In this document: one piece after another, positions 1-15,759 of the stretch | Numbering within the stretch: position 1 is the stretch's first letter | Layout of the letters: each line of letters starts with the position of its first letter | Assembly: GCA_951406725.2 (NCBI GenBank) | Contig: CATOCA020000008.1 | Span: 1 to 64,000, forward strand | Origin: Octopus vulgaris | Taxonomy: Eukaryota | DNA length: 64,000 nucleotides | Direction: 5' to 3' | Program-made: the position numbers and the translations under genes | Notes under the pieces: generated by a model | Database searches by the model: none | The model's input: only the letters and a program-made list of their open reading frames with translations | Told to the model about the DNA's origin: nothing

Positions 1-2860
1 AGATCCAGCTTCATTTTAAAGACATCTGTATCCACCCCATGCAGGTCTCTCAGGTTCTTCGGGAGGATATTGAAGAGCTGTGGGCCTCGGAAGCCCAGGC
101 TATCACAGAATCTTGTCCTACATCTTGATGGCAGGTTTGGAGTCCTAGGTACCACGCAGTGGCGCCCAGTTCTGGCATTTGTGTAACTCTCGATGCCAAA
201 GTTCAGGACACTTCCCTCCAGGATCTTCCAGATGTATATTATGGCATATCTTTCCCGCCTACGCTCCAGGGAGTATAATTTTAATCTCTTGAGTCTTTCC
301 CAGTAGCTTACATTCTGCATAGAGGCTATCTTCTTTGTGTAGCTTCGTTGGATCGCCTCAAGTTCTGTGATCAACTTGACACTGGATGGTGACCATAGCT
401 GAGAGCAATAGTCAAAGTGGCTTAGGACAAGTGTCTTCCAGAGGACCATCATGGTTTCTTGTTCTCTTGTTCTAAAGGTTCTAAGAATCCAGCCAGCCAG
501 CCGTCTACATTTCACTGTCAGTTTAGCAACATGTACATGAAAGGTCGCGTCATCACTCATGTGAATACCCAGGTCACGCACTGATTGTGCCTCTGGGATT
601 GCAATCCCTCCGGGTCCAGTGTATTCATTGGGTATTGCATTCAGTTTTGCATGCTGATAGTATAAAGCTTGAAACTTTCCAGCATTGAACTGCATGCTAT
701 TCTTTTCAGCCCACTTGTATATTTCGTCCAGCTCACATTGCAGGTTTTTAGTGTCCTCAGGGTTCTGTATTGCCTGTGAAACTTTTGTATCATCTGCATA
801 ACTTGTGATCGTGGATCTCTGCGTGGCTGAGGGCATGTCTGAGAGGGCCATTATGAACAGTAGTGGTCCCAAAACAGTGCCCTGTGGAACACCACTCATT
901 ATTTGCGTGTTAATGGAAGTGGCCCCATTGGCTACTACCACCTGACTTCTATTCTTCAGAAAGTCGTGAAGCCATTCTCCTAGTTTTCCAACTATGCCAA
1001 GATCACGCAGCCTGTGACATATCATTCCGTGATCGACTTTATCGAAGGCCTTTGCGAAGTCGAGATATATGACTTCCACATTTGAGTGGTTGAGCAGTTG
1101 TTTCAGCACCCAGTCATAGTGCTGCAGGAGCTGAGTTAAGCAGCTTCTTCCTGGTCGGAAACCATGTTGGGTGTCAGGCAGCAAGTCATTTTCTTCAAGG
1201 AAGGTGATTAGTTTCCTTCTGACTATTCGTTCCATGACCTTGCTGATGTGTGAGGTCAGAGAGATAGGTCTGTAGTTCTTTGCCTCCGCTCTGCTACCTC
1301 CTTTATGAATAGGGCATATTTTACCTTCCTTCAGTCCCCTTGGAAGTTTGCCAGCTGCAAGGAAGCTCTGAAAGAGGGACTGCAGTGGTCTTGCTAAGAC
1401 TCTCTTACATACTTTTAGGAGGATTGCCGGGAATCCATCGGGGCCAGTAGCTGAGTCTATTTTCATTTCATCTATAGCCTTTATTACATCGTCTTCCTTT
1501 ATCTCGATGTAACTTATCGTCGCCGCCTCTGATTCTATATCTGCAGTGGTAAAGAAGTCAGTTGGATTGCTGATTTGGAAATGCCCAAGGGGTGGAGTGA
1601 AAACACTCTTGAATTGTTCATTCAGTATTTCACTTACCCTCATTGGTTTTCCTGTGAGTGTGCCATCCTTTTCAAGGAGTGGCCCTATCCTACAGTGCAC
1701 TGTAGCCGTTTCTTTGGCATACCTGTAGAAAGCTCTGGGGTTAGTTTTTATGTTGTCTATAGCCTTAGGCTTCTTTGTCTGCTCTTTCCTTCTCATGGGA
1801 AAGTTGCAGACAATTTTCAATTTCCAACAGTTTTATTTTCAGGCGGGACTTTTCACTACTTTCAATTTGTTTGTTTAGGCGATTTGAAATTTTTGTACGC
1901 CGTCTCATTAAAATTTTCCTCTCTCTGGGGATTTTGTTCTTGTGTACAGTGGGCTCTTTCTCTGGGACACATTTGTAGCATATGGCTTGCATTACAGACA
2001 TGAATTGTTGAAGTATCATGTCGATGTCCGGCGAGGAGAGACATTCAGGCCAGTTTTGTTTGAGGATCTCTTTCTCAATTTGTTTCCAGTTTGCCTTATT
2101 GAAGTTCAAGCTGGAAAGATTCTGAGGGTTTCTTGTAGGCTGCATGTCCGTGCTCTCTTTTTTGGCCCGTACATGGTCAGCTCTACCATGTTGTGATCCG
2201 AGAGTAGTGTCGGTGTCACTTTCACATTATGGATGAGATCCATATTATTTGTGAAGCAGAGATCCAGTGTGTTACCTGCTCTGGTTGGTTGCAGTATTAC
2301 TTGCTCCATGTACAGGGTGTTGGTGAGGTTCAGGAGGGACCTCGCCTGTCCACGTTCACATCTTGTCATTCCTGGGAGAGAAAGGCCCTCGGGCCATCTG
2401 ACATTCGGTAGATTGAAGTCTCCCATGAGAAGTACACTTATGTGTTGTTCTAATGTGGTTAGAACTTCTTCTATTTTTAAAAGGCAGTCCTCGAACTTGC
2501 CCATATGACTTGGGGCATCTGGAGGGCGATATGTAGCACACACAACTACATCAAGTTGCCTTATGTGTACAATTAGTGTGTCACACACCGAGTTTGAGTA
2601 TGACAAAAGGACCTGGGGTGTGAGGTCCCACGGATGTACATAGCAACTCCTCCATGACTCCTTTCTTTCCTGTCGGTCCGTAGTACAACATACTGTGGTA
2701 TGTGTAATTCCGCATCTGCTATGTCCGGTTTCAGATGCGTTTCTGTGAGTGCTATGCATAAGGCTTGATTGCATGCGACAAAGTCTCTCAGGAACGGGAC
2801 TTTTGTCCTGTTACTGTGTGTTAGTAAACCTCTGATGTTCAGTAGGAGCATCGAGGTGAG
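1..2860 (-). pseudogene. LINE APE endonuclease-reverse transcriptase, family A, with frameshifts
   Basis: ORF pieces 2573..3559, 2106..2774 and 1765..2145, plus RT running off the window start. Frame breaks near 2640, 2130 and 1770. Confidence 0.9.
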
Positions 2861-3731
2861 GTGTATGCTGTTGCCGGCGTTGTCCACCCTGGGTCCATCT
2901 GCTGTGGCGGTCTTGTGAACTGTGGGCAGTTCCATCTGCGAGCCTGAGCCTGATGGAGCCAGGTTAGCTGCTGTACAATCTTTTGTGCCATGCACAAAAA
3001 AGATTCCCTGCTCAGCAGCTGCCCTTTCAACAACACGTTGGTGGTTTGTGGTACGCACCACATCTGCGTACCTCCGTTTTGGGGCAGGTGATGCCTGGTC
3101 CATCCCATTTCCTTTCGGTGGTTGGTTTCTGTGGCAGGGTCCCGGATGTGCAAAGCGGCAGCCTGCACCTTCCTCTCCATGCCGGCAGGCACCTTTCAGG
3201 TAGAACCTACATACCCGTGTGCGCTGCTTGTTTCCATCCTTTTTGGCATATGGACCGTTAGGTTTGCCTCTGTCCCTGGCTGCCTTGTCCCTTGGCTTTG
3301 TCTGAGTTTTAGCTTCAGTTTTTCCTCTTTTTTTGGCCTCTTCATCTCCATGTCCACGGCTTTTGGAGCCGGTAGGAGCATCCGTACCTGGGTTCACCTC
3401 CCGGGCAGGCCTATCGTTGGAGTTTTCTTCCTGGGCGTCCACCAGGTGGGGGTGACCCTCCTCATCTGCGCCCACGTCTCCATCCTTGTCATCTTTACTT
3501 TGTTCGCGTTTTTCGCTGTTAAAAATGGCATCCAGTGTGTTTATGTGCGATCTGGACAAGTGCGTATGAGCGTACGAACTCTTGCCTCTTCCGCTCTATT
3601 TGTGCTGATGTCCTTTTGAATCCTTTGTTCTTTAGTGCTGCCGCAATTATGTTACTTGGACTTTCTCCGTCAGCGCATTGCCATCCTCGCAGGAACCACA
3701 CCAGTTCATCACGTTTCCAAGCTCTGGACAT
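2860..3731 (-). pseudogene. LINE ORF1-like region with Myb/SANT-like N-terminus and CCCH zinc finger (frameshifted near 3540)
   Basis: ATG at 3731 begins MSRAWKRDELVWFLRGW...GFKRTSAQIERKRQ. Later CRFYLKGACRHGEEGAGCRFAHP (C-x7-C-x8-C-x3-H) and KRRYADVV. Confidence 0.65.
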
Positions 3732-3740
3732 TCTTGATAT

Positions 3741-4215
3741 ATTATCTATCTATCTAATTATGTTAAGTAATATTAATCCAAAGTAGGGGGGTAATAGAGA
3801 AAGAGAGCGTCTATGTACTTAAGGAGAGATTGGGAGCCAAGAGAAGAGAGCAGGAGAGAAGAGGAAGAGGAGAGATATTTTGTCTATCTATCTATCTATC
3901 TAGTTATATTAAGTTATATTAATCCAATAGTGCAATAGGGGGGGGTAGGGGGTAATAGAATAAGAGAGCGTCCGTGCACTTAAGGAGAGATTGGGAGCCA
4001 AGAGAAGAGAGCAAGAGAGAAGAGGAAGAGGAGATACTGAGTGCTGAAGGAAGATAGAGAAAGCCTCTAGAGGAGAGCTGAGATAGACAGAGAAAGCGCA
4101 AAGGGAGAGAACCGAAGAGACAGACAGAGAGATCTAAACGAAGCTATTGGGCCAAGGAGGGGCGCAAGGGAGAGAACTGGAGAGACAGATAGAATTCTAA
4201 ACGAAGCTATTGGGA
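3741..4215. repeat. Imperfect direct repeats in the LINE 5' region
   Basis: TATTAATCCAA..GGGGTAATAGAA..CTTAAGGAGAGATTGGGAGCCAAGAGAAGAGAGC occurs twice. TCTAAACGAAGCTATTGGG occurs twice. Confidence 0.8.
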
Positions 4216-4829
4216 CATACATATGTATACACACACACACACACACATGTACACACGTGTGCACATGCACATATATAGACAAGAGTAACAAGTGAGTACA
4301 TAAAGAGACAATAATAATAATGAAACATATATAGGCATATATTACAAAACATATATAAACATATATTACAAAAGTAATAATAGTAAGAGATTATAAGACA
4401 ATAATAATAATAAAAATGAAAAATAAAATAAAATAAAACAGCTGAAAGAAAAGAAAAGAAAGAAAGAAAAACAGGCCAGGAGGTTTTACAGAGTTTATAT
4501 ATATATATGTAGTATATACATACACACATATATATATAACACAAACACATATATTTAACAAGTGATAATAATAATAGATAATAAAATAGTGTAATAATAC
4601 ATTTGTCCGCCGCAACAGACAAATTCTTCTATAACAAAAACTATAACTAATTGCGACTATACCTTTAATAATAATTAAAACAGCTGAAAGAAAACACGCC
4701 AAGAAATGGCAATATATATTTATTTCGCTATAGACAATGTCTCTTAAGATAAACTACAATACGATTCTACTACTAACACACACACACACATGCACGTATA
4801 TATAGATATATACGCACATACATATATAA

Positions 4830-8692
<3,863 letters not shown>

Positions 8693-8737
8693 GAATATAT
8701 ATATATACTGGTGAGACACCCGGGTGTATACCTGGGC

Positions 8738-9678
<941 letters not shown>

Positions 9679-11945
9679 GAGGCCGAAGGACTCCAAGAAA
9701 CAAACCAATCCAGAAAAGAAGGATTTGGAGGCTAAAGAACCCTTCGCATGGTCAGAAATTTAGGGACATACTCATCAAGAAATTTGATGAGAGGGAAGAG
9801 GAGCTTCAGACGTCAGACATAGAAGGTAGCTGGGAATTCCTACGGGACAGCTTGTTGAGTGCCACAGACCAAGTTTGTGGATGGTGCAAAGTCCCTTCCA
9901 GACCTAGAATTACGTGGTGGTGGAATAGTGCAGTAGATAAAGCCATCTGTGAAAAGAGACGGGCCTGGAAAGCCTGGAAGGATGGGGGCAGCAGGGAACT
10001 GTACCAGATAGCCAAAAGGGAGGCTGGGCGGCAGGTATACATTGCCAAAGATGTAGCAGAAAAGAAGAAGTTTGCCAATGTCCAGCGTCGCGAGGATCAA
10101 AGAGCTGAAGTATTTCGGATTGCCAGACAGTGTGTCAGAGAAAATAGCGATGTTATAGGAGAGAAATGTGTCCGCATGGATGATGGGGCACTTGCTTTTA
10201 CTACTAGTGAAAAGAAAGAGGCTTGGAGAAGCCATTATGAAAGACTGCTGAATGAGGAGAATGAATGGGAGGAGGAGAGCCTGCCAAATGTTGACCCAGT
10301 AGAGGGACCAGCTACCCGAATAGACAGCTCCCTTGTAGATAAGGCAATTAAGGATATGAAACCAGGCAAAGCCCCTGGCCTATCAGGAATCACTGCTGAG
10401 ATGCTTAAAACAGCTGGCTATGTGGGCCATGCCATAGTCACCCGCATTGTAAACCAGGTAGTTCACAATGGAGCCATACCCAATGACTGGTGCAGCAGTA
10501 CCATAGTCAACTGCTACAAGGGTAAGGGTGATGCTCTAGATAGAAATAACTACAGAGGTATCAAACTGTTGGACCAGGTGATGAAGGTCTCAGAGAAGGT
10601 CATAACCAATCTCATTAGGGAGAGAATTTGTTTAGATGAAATGCAGTTCGGTTTTGTACCAGGTAGAAGCACCACTGATGCTATATTCCTGGTCCGACAA
10701 CTGCAGGAGAAGTACCTAGCTAAAGATAAACCCCTCTACATAGCTTTTGTAGACTTGGAGAAAGCCTTTGACAGGGTTCCCCGTTCCCTTATCTGGTGGT
10801 CGATGCGGAAACTGGAGATTGAAGAATGGCTAATAAGGGCTGTACAGGCTCTATACAGAGAGGCTGTCAGCAAGGTTAGGATTGGCAACGAATATAGTGA
10901 AGAATTCCGAGTAGAAGTAGGTGTGCACCAGGGCTCAGCCCTCAGTCCCCTTTTGTTCATCATAGTCCTTCAGGCAATAACAGAGGAATTCAAAACGGGA
11001 TGCCCCTGGGAGCTCCTCTATGCCGATGACCTAGCTCTCATAGCAGAATCACTACCGGAACTAGAAGAGAAATTTCGGGTGTGGAAGCAAGGGTTGGAAT
11101 CAAAGGGCCTTAGAATAAATGTAGCAAAGACCAAAGTATTAGTAAGCAGCAAGAGGTACTCAGCACACATCCCCTCGGGTAGGTGGCCCTGCTCAACCTG
11201 TAGGAAAGGTACAGGTAGAAACTCCATAAGATGCACCCAATGTAAGTTATGGACACATAAGAGGTGCAGCAACATTAAAGGGAAATTAACAGATAAGATA
11301 GCTTTCATGTGCGGCAGATGCACAGGGACAATAGACACAACAGACACTCAGAAAACAGATTCCATCACACTCCAGGGAGAGAAACTAGAAGTAGTTGATA
11401 GTTTCCGCTACCTGGGAGACCAAGTTAGTAGCGGAGGTGGATGCACAGAGAGTATCACCACTAGAATACGAATAGCCTGGGCAAAGTTCAGAAAGCTCCT
11501 ACCCCTACTGGCAACAAAAGGTCTCTCCCTCAGAGCAAAAGGTAGATTGTATGATGCATGTGTGCGAACTGCCATGCTTCACGGTAATGAAACATGGGCT
11601 GTGACTGCAGAAGACATGCGTAGACTTGAAAGAAATGAAGCTAGCATGATCCGCTGGATGTGTAGTGTCAGTGTGCACGCAAAACAGAGTGTAAGTATCC
11701 TGAGAGAAATGCTGGATATAAGAAGCATCAGATGTGGTGTGCAAGAGCGACGCTTGCGATGGTATGGTCATGTGCTGCGGATGGATGAAGAGAGATGTGT
11801 GAAGAAGTGCCACTCCCAAACAGTTGAAGGTATCAGGGGGAGAGGTAGACCCAGGAAGACATGGGATGAGGTGGTCAAGCATGACCTCAGAGCATTGGGC
11901 CTCACTGAGGCAATGGCGAAGGACCGAGATCTCTGGAGATATGCT
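9679..11945 (+). mobile_element. RTE-clade LINE, 5'-truncated, native 3' UTR missing
   Basis: TWWWN, NYRGIKLL, QFGFVPGRST, FVDLEKAFDRVPR, GVHQGSALSPLLF, YADD, RLRWYGHVLRM, RGRGRPRKTW. Confidence 0.93.
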
Positions 11946-12044
11946 CTGCAAGGAAACACAAATAACAAGCGGTGTTCCACAGGGCACTGTCTCAGGGCCA
12001 CTGTTGTTCATAGTGGCCCTTTCAGACTTGCCCTCAGTTGCTAA
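9852..12044 (+). CDS. RTE reverse transcriptase with internal PHD-like Cys/His domain; last ~30 codons read into the CR1 fragment
   Basis: 730-aa ORF with RT motifs and CSTC..CTQC..HKRC..CGRC. Confidence 0.88.
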   Translation: MLSATDQVCGWCKVPSRPRITWWWNSAVDKAICEKRRAWKAWKDGGSRELYQIAKREAGRQVYIAKDVAEKKKFANVQRREDQRAEVFRIARQCVRENSDVIGEKCVRMDDGALAFTTSEKKEAWRSHYERLLNEENEWEEESLPNVDPVEGPATRIDSSLVDKAIKDMKPGKAPGLSGITAEMLKTAGYVGHAIVTRIVNQVVHNGAIPNDWCSSTIVNCYKGKGDALDRNNYRGIKLLDQVMKVSEKVITNLIRERICLDEMQFGFVPGRSTTDAIFLVRQLQEKYLAKDKPLYIAFVDLEKAFDRVPRSLIWWSMRKLEIEEWLIRAVQALYREAVSKVRIGNEYSEEFRVEVGVHQGSALSPLLFIIVLQAITEEFKTGCPWELLYADDLALIAESLPELEEKFRVWKQGLESKGLRINVAKTKVLVSSKRYSAHIPSGRWPCSTCRKGTGRNSIRCTQCKLWTHKRCSNIKGKLTDKIAFMCGRCTGTIDTTDTQKTDSITLQGEKLEVVDSFRYLGDQVSSGGGCTESITTRIRIAWAKFRKLLPLLATKGLSLRAKGRLYDACVRTAMLHGNETWAVTAEDMRRLERNEASMIRWMCSVSVHAKQSVSILREMLDIRSIRCGVQERRLRWYGHVLRMDEERCVKKCHSQTVEGIRGRGRPRKTWDEVVKHDLRALGLTEAMAKDRDLWRYALQGNTNNKRCSTGHCLRATVVHSGPFRLALSC

Positions 12045-12628
12045 GATGGCCACCCTTGCTAGCTATGCAGATGACACAAAGTCTCGCACACAATACAAAA
12101 TCCTGGAAATATTGCAATCTGCAACAGGAGTTGCAACATATCAGCTACTGGGAAAGACTGAAAGTATTAAAACTCTTCTCCCTAGAGCGAAGGCGGGAGA
12201 GATATGTAGTGATATACATCTGGAAAATCCTGGAGGATCTTGTCCCAAACTTTGGCATTCAAAGTTACCCCAACCGCACTGCAAGGTGCCAAAGATTCCA
12301 ACATCACCATGAAAATACAGGACCAGATACTGCAACAGTTTGGGTTTCAGAGGACTACAGCTCTTCAACATCCTCCCTAAATGCCTGAGAGACTTGCATG
12401 GTGTGGATGTGGGTTTCTTTAAAACTAAACTGGATCTCTTGTCGGGGGTCCCAGATGAACCTACCTCACGACAGGAGACACAGATGCGGGCAGCGGCATC
12501 GAACTTCCTTGTTGACCAAGTGCCATGTATCAGAGGTGGATTCACATATTAGTGTAGCTCATTCAGCGGTGGTGCCCCAGCATGGCCGCAGCCTTCGGGC
12601 TGAAACATTTTTAAGGATTTAAGGATTT
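11945..12628 (+). mobile_element. 3' fragment of a third CR1-group LINE family (C), internally deleted; (TAAGGATT)n tail
   Basis: [24 protein letters not shown], then a jump at ~12133 to [14 protein letters not shown]. 3' hairpin at 12571..12606, with TA immediately after the tail. Confidence 0.88.
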
Positions 12629-13250
12629 ATATATATATATATATATATATAAATACAATAAATTCTGGGTGAATACTTGATAAGTATAAGCACCTGTATA
12701 TGCCAGCTATATCCGTCCATACTGTATCATCAGTCAATATAGAGTGAATGCTGGGTAGATTCCAGTTGGGTTCATTCCTCTTATAAGGGAAGGAAATAAG
12801 GAGAATTGAGGGGAAGAGAAGGAAACGGTAATGATGTTGGGATCACAAAAAAATATATATGCAGATACATGTGTGTGTGTATTTGCTTGGTTCTACAGAA
12901 GTTGCAGAATGCAGATGTTGGTGTTGTTTGTTGATAAAATTGGTGTTAAATGAGTTCATTTAACTTTCAACATTGTTCAACCCTTCAGCATTCTGATTAC
13001 TCTATCAAATGCACATTTATTCATATTCATTTCAGTTTATATGTATTATCTTCTAGCCTGCCGACTTCAATGATGTGACTGTATATTGTAGGGTAAGTGT
13101 CAGAGGCTGCTGCAGCTGGCCAGATGGAACATAAAACATTAAAACTATTTTTGCCAGATGTGACCATTTTAAATGTTCAAGGATTGATCAAATTTTTAAT
13201 TGCTGCCTTAATTATTTCTTAATTATTTCTCTTTCTCTTTTTCATTCTAG

Positions 13251-13298
13251 TCGCTCTTGTTGCTGCAGTTTGTCTTTATTTGCGAGATGTTGCTCAAG
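13251..13298 (+). CDS. Candidate 48-nt internal exon (hydrophobic, signal-peptide-like)
   Basis: Polypyrimidine tract and ctag acceptor, AAG|gtaagt donor, phase-1 reading ALVAAVCLYLRDVAQ. Confidence 0.35.
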
Positions 13299-14057
13299 GT
13301 AAGTCTCAATTGAACTGTGGTAAAAATAAATGGCGAAAGTTATGGGTTCTGTTCCTTCTTCTCTGATTAATTGACTGAAAATAAAATTGTTTCTCATATC
13401 ATCATTGTCATCATCATTATCATCATCATCATTGTTGTTGTTATCCATGTTTTTACTTCCTTTTTATTCCATGCTGTCATGGTTTGTATGAAACATCTTA
13501 GGGAAGGTGGGTGTTCTGTGGACGGATGCTCTCCCTGTCACCAACTTTATTGCACTGATTTTTGTCTGTTGAAACTGCTGAGTTACAAAAGCCTTGCAAA
13601 CATGATGTCATTGTTGTCCTGATGGTGACAGAGTGAAGACCTGCAAAGGGAAATATTTATGCACACTTGCATCTGTGCATATACATGCATATACACATAT
13701 GCACACCATGCACTCACAAACATTTGTGCATGTATGCGCATGTGTGTTTGTGTGTGCTTGTATGTAAGTGTAGATAGACAGACAGACAGACAGATAGATC
13801 GATCAAAAAGGCAGTTGCCTTCTAGTTTAGACAAGTAAATCCTTGTGAGTGGATTTGGTAGATGGAAACTGAAAGAAGCCTGTTATATACGTCTGTGTGT
13901 GTGTGTATGTGTTTTCTTTAGTTCTTTTCCGAAAATTCCGGCTTCATTGTCCAGTTATTTTTTAGATCAGTAACCTTTAACAAGGAATTATGCCACACCC
14001 TAACTGGGCCTACAGCTTTTATATAAACTGATACGAGTTAATAATTGACAAATATAA

Positions 14058-14385
14058 GGCGTGGCTGTGTGGTAAGGAGCTTGCTTCCCAATCACATGGT
14101 TCCGGGTTCAGTCACAAATGTCTTCTATAGCCTCAGGTCAACCAAAGCCTTCTGAGTGGATTTGGTAGCCGGAAACTGAAAGAAGCCCATTGTGCATATA
14201 TATGTGTGTGTGTCTGTTTGTCCCCCAACATCACTTGACAACCGATGTTGGTGTAACGTTGCGGTTCGGCAAAAAATCCGATGGAATAAGAATGAGGCTT
14301 ACAACGAATGAATCCTGGAGTCTGTTTGTTCGACTAAAGACGGTGTTCCAGCATGACCGCAGTTTAATGACTGCAAAAGAATAAA
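14058..14385 (+). mobile_element. tRNA-derived SINE, degraded copy of the 28178..28600 family
   Basis: GGCGTGGCTGTGTGGTAAG..GGTTCCGGGTTCAGTC head, GGATTTGGTAG..AACTGAAAGAAGCC body, LINE-type 3' hairpin. Confidence 0.8.
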
Positions 14386-14494
14386 ATAAAATAAATATAA
14401 TCAACTGGATTGCAGATTTTGGTGGAGAGATGTAAGGCAAGGGAGGTAACTGCTTAAGTAGCAAGGGGGGTAACTCTGAGGAGAATATATATTT

Positions 14495-15060
14495 TTTACT
14501 TGTTTCAGCCATTAGACTGTGGCAATGCTGTGGCATCGCTTTGAAGTGTTCAGTGGAACAAATCTACTCTTTTGACGAATCCCTCAGTTACGGGACGTAA
14601 CCGTACCAACACCGCTTGTAAAATAGTGATGGGAGCAAATACAGCCAAAAGACACACATATATAGATACATGCTTGTATTATTTGTATGTGTGTGTGTTT
14701 ATGTAGGCGTGTGGCTTAGTGGTTAGAGTGGTGCACTCATGATCATAAGATTGTGGTTTCGATTCCTGGACTGGGCGATGTATTGTGTTCTTCAGCAAAA
14801 CAACCTTACATGTTGCTCCAGTTCATTCAGCTGGCAAAAGTGAGTAATCCTGGAACAGCTCAGCGCCCCACCCATGGGGTGGATTAACGGGTGGAATACA
14901 CACACAATCACACACACACACACACATATATGCCTCAGAAACTGGGAAACTGGCCTTATGAAGCTATGGATCAGGAAGGTCTGGGGCTATAGTAGGAGAC
15001 ACTGGGACTGAACCCAGAACCTTGTGATTGGGAAGCAAATGTCTTACCACACAACCATGC
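14495..15060. mobile_element. Cluster of SINE fragments on both strands
   Basis: Minus-strand 3' part at 14495..14660, plus-strand tRNA head TGGCTTAGTGG..GTTTCGATTCC at 14705..14870, minus-strand head at 14985..15060. Confidence 0.7.
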
Positions 15061-15759
15061 TTGATTTTGTTTTTAAACTTATTTAAATACCTCAACCATC
15101 TTTAAATATTTCCTTACTCGATCAACCCACAGTTTAACTTAAAAACAAAACTCTGTCCTGCTCCACTTATCATTAATATGTTCTTGGTTTTTTTTTGTTA
15201 TATGCTTTAGTGGGTCCTTAAATTAACCTTTTTGCATTTTTCTCTGCAAATGTTTATTTTTAACCTAAACGTATTGTATTTTACTTGAAAAGCATTTGTG
15301 TGCACACATATTAATGTACGTGTGAGTGGACGTATATATATTTATATATATATACATATGTACATACACATATATATATATCATTGTATTTGTATGCATG
15401 TGTTAAACACACATATGCATATACACACACACATTCACAAAATCTTGCGTGCCATTATTTATAAACTTTGGAACTTATACTTTTCAGGAGGAAAACTTAA
15501 TGAAAGTGCTCGGACTAGAAACGAGAGAAAGACACAAAGTCTGGATATAAATGGGTAAGATTCATATATATAAATATACATACCGAATCTGCACTCTCAC
15601 CCCCCCCCCCAATCGCACCCCCCACCCACGTGCTCTCGAATCATGCATTTTCACAATATCCTGCCGCTTATATTATGACCTTTGAACCTTAAGGGTATGC
15701 CCTGGCACTTGCCACTATCTATATCTCTCTCTTCCTTTACTTAACCGTCCCTTTCATAT

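Larger units (their letters stand above)
1..4770 (-). mobile_element. CR1-group (CR1/L2-like) LINE, family A, near full-length; 3' end outside window, 5' boundary approximate
   Basis: Minus strand encodes APE endonuclease (LLLNIRGL, ALTETHL, YRPP, GDFNLP, LDLCFTN, SDHNMV). The RT region is ~98% identical by eye to the ORF at 30822..32399 ([26 protein letters not shown]). ORF1-like region is 2860..3731 and the repetitive 5' region is 3732..~4770. Confidence 0.9.
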
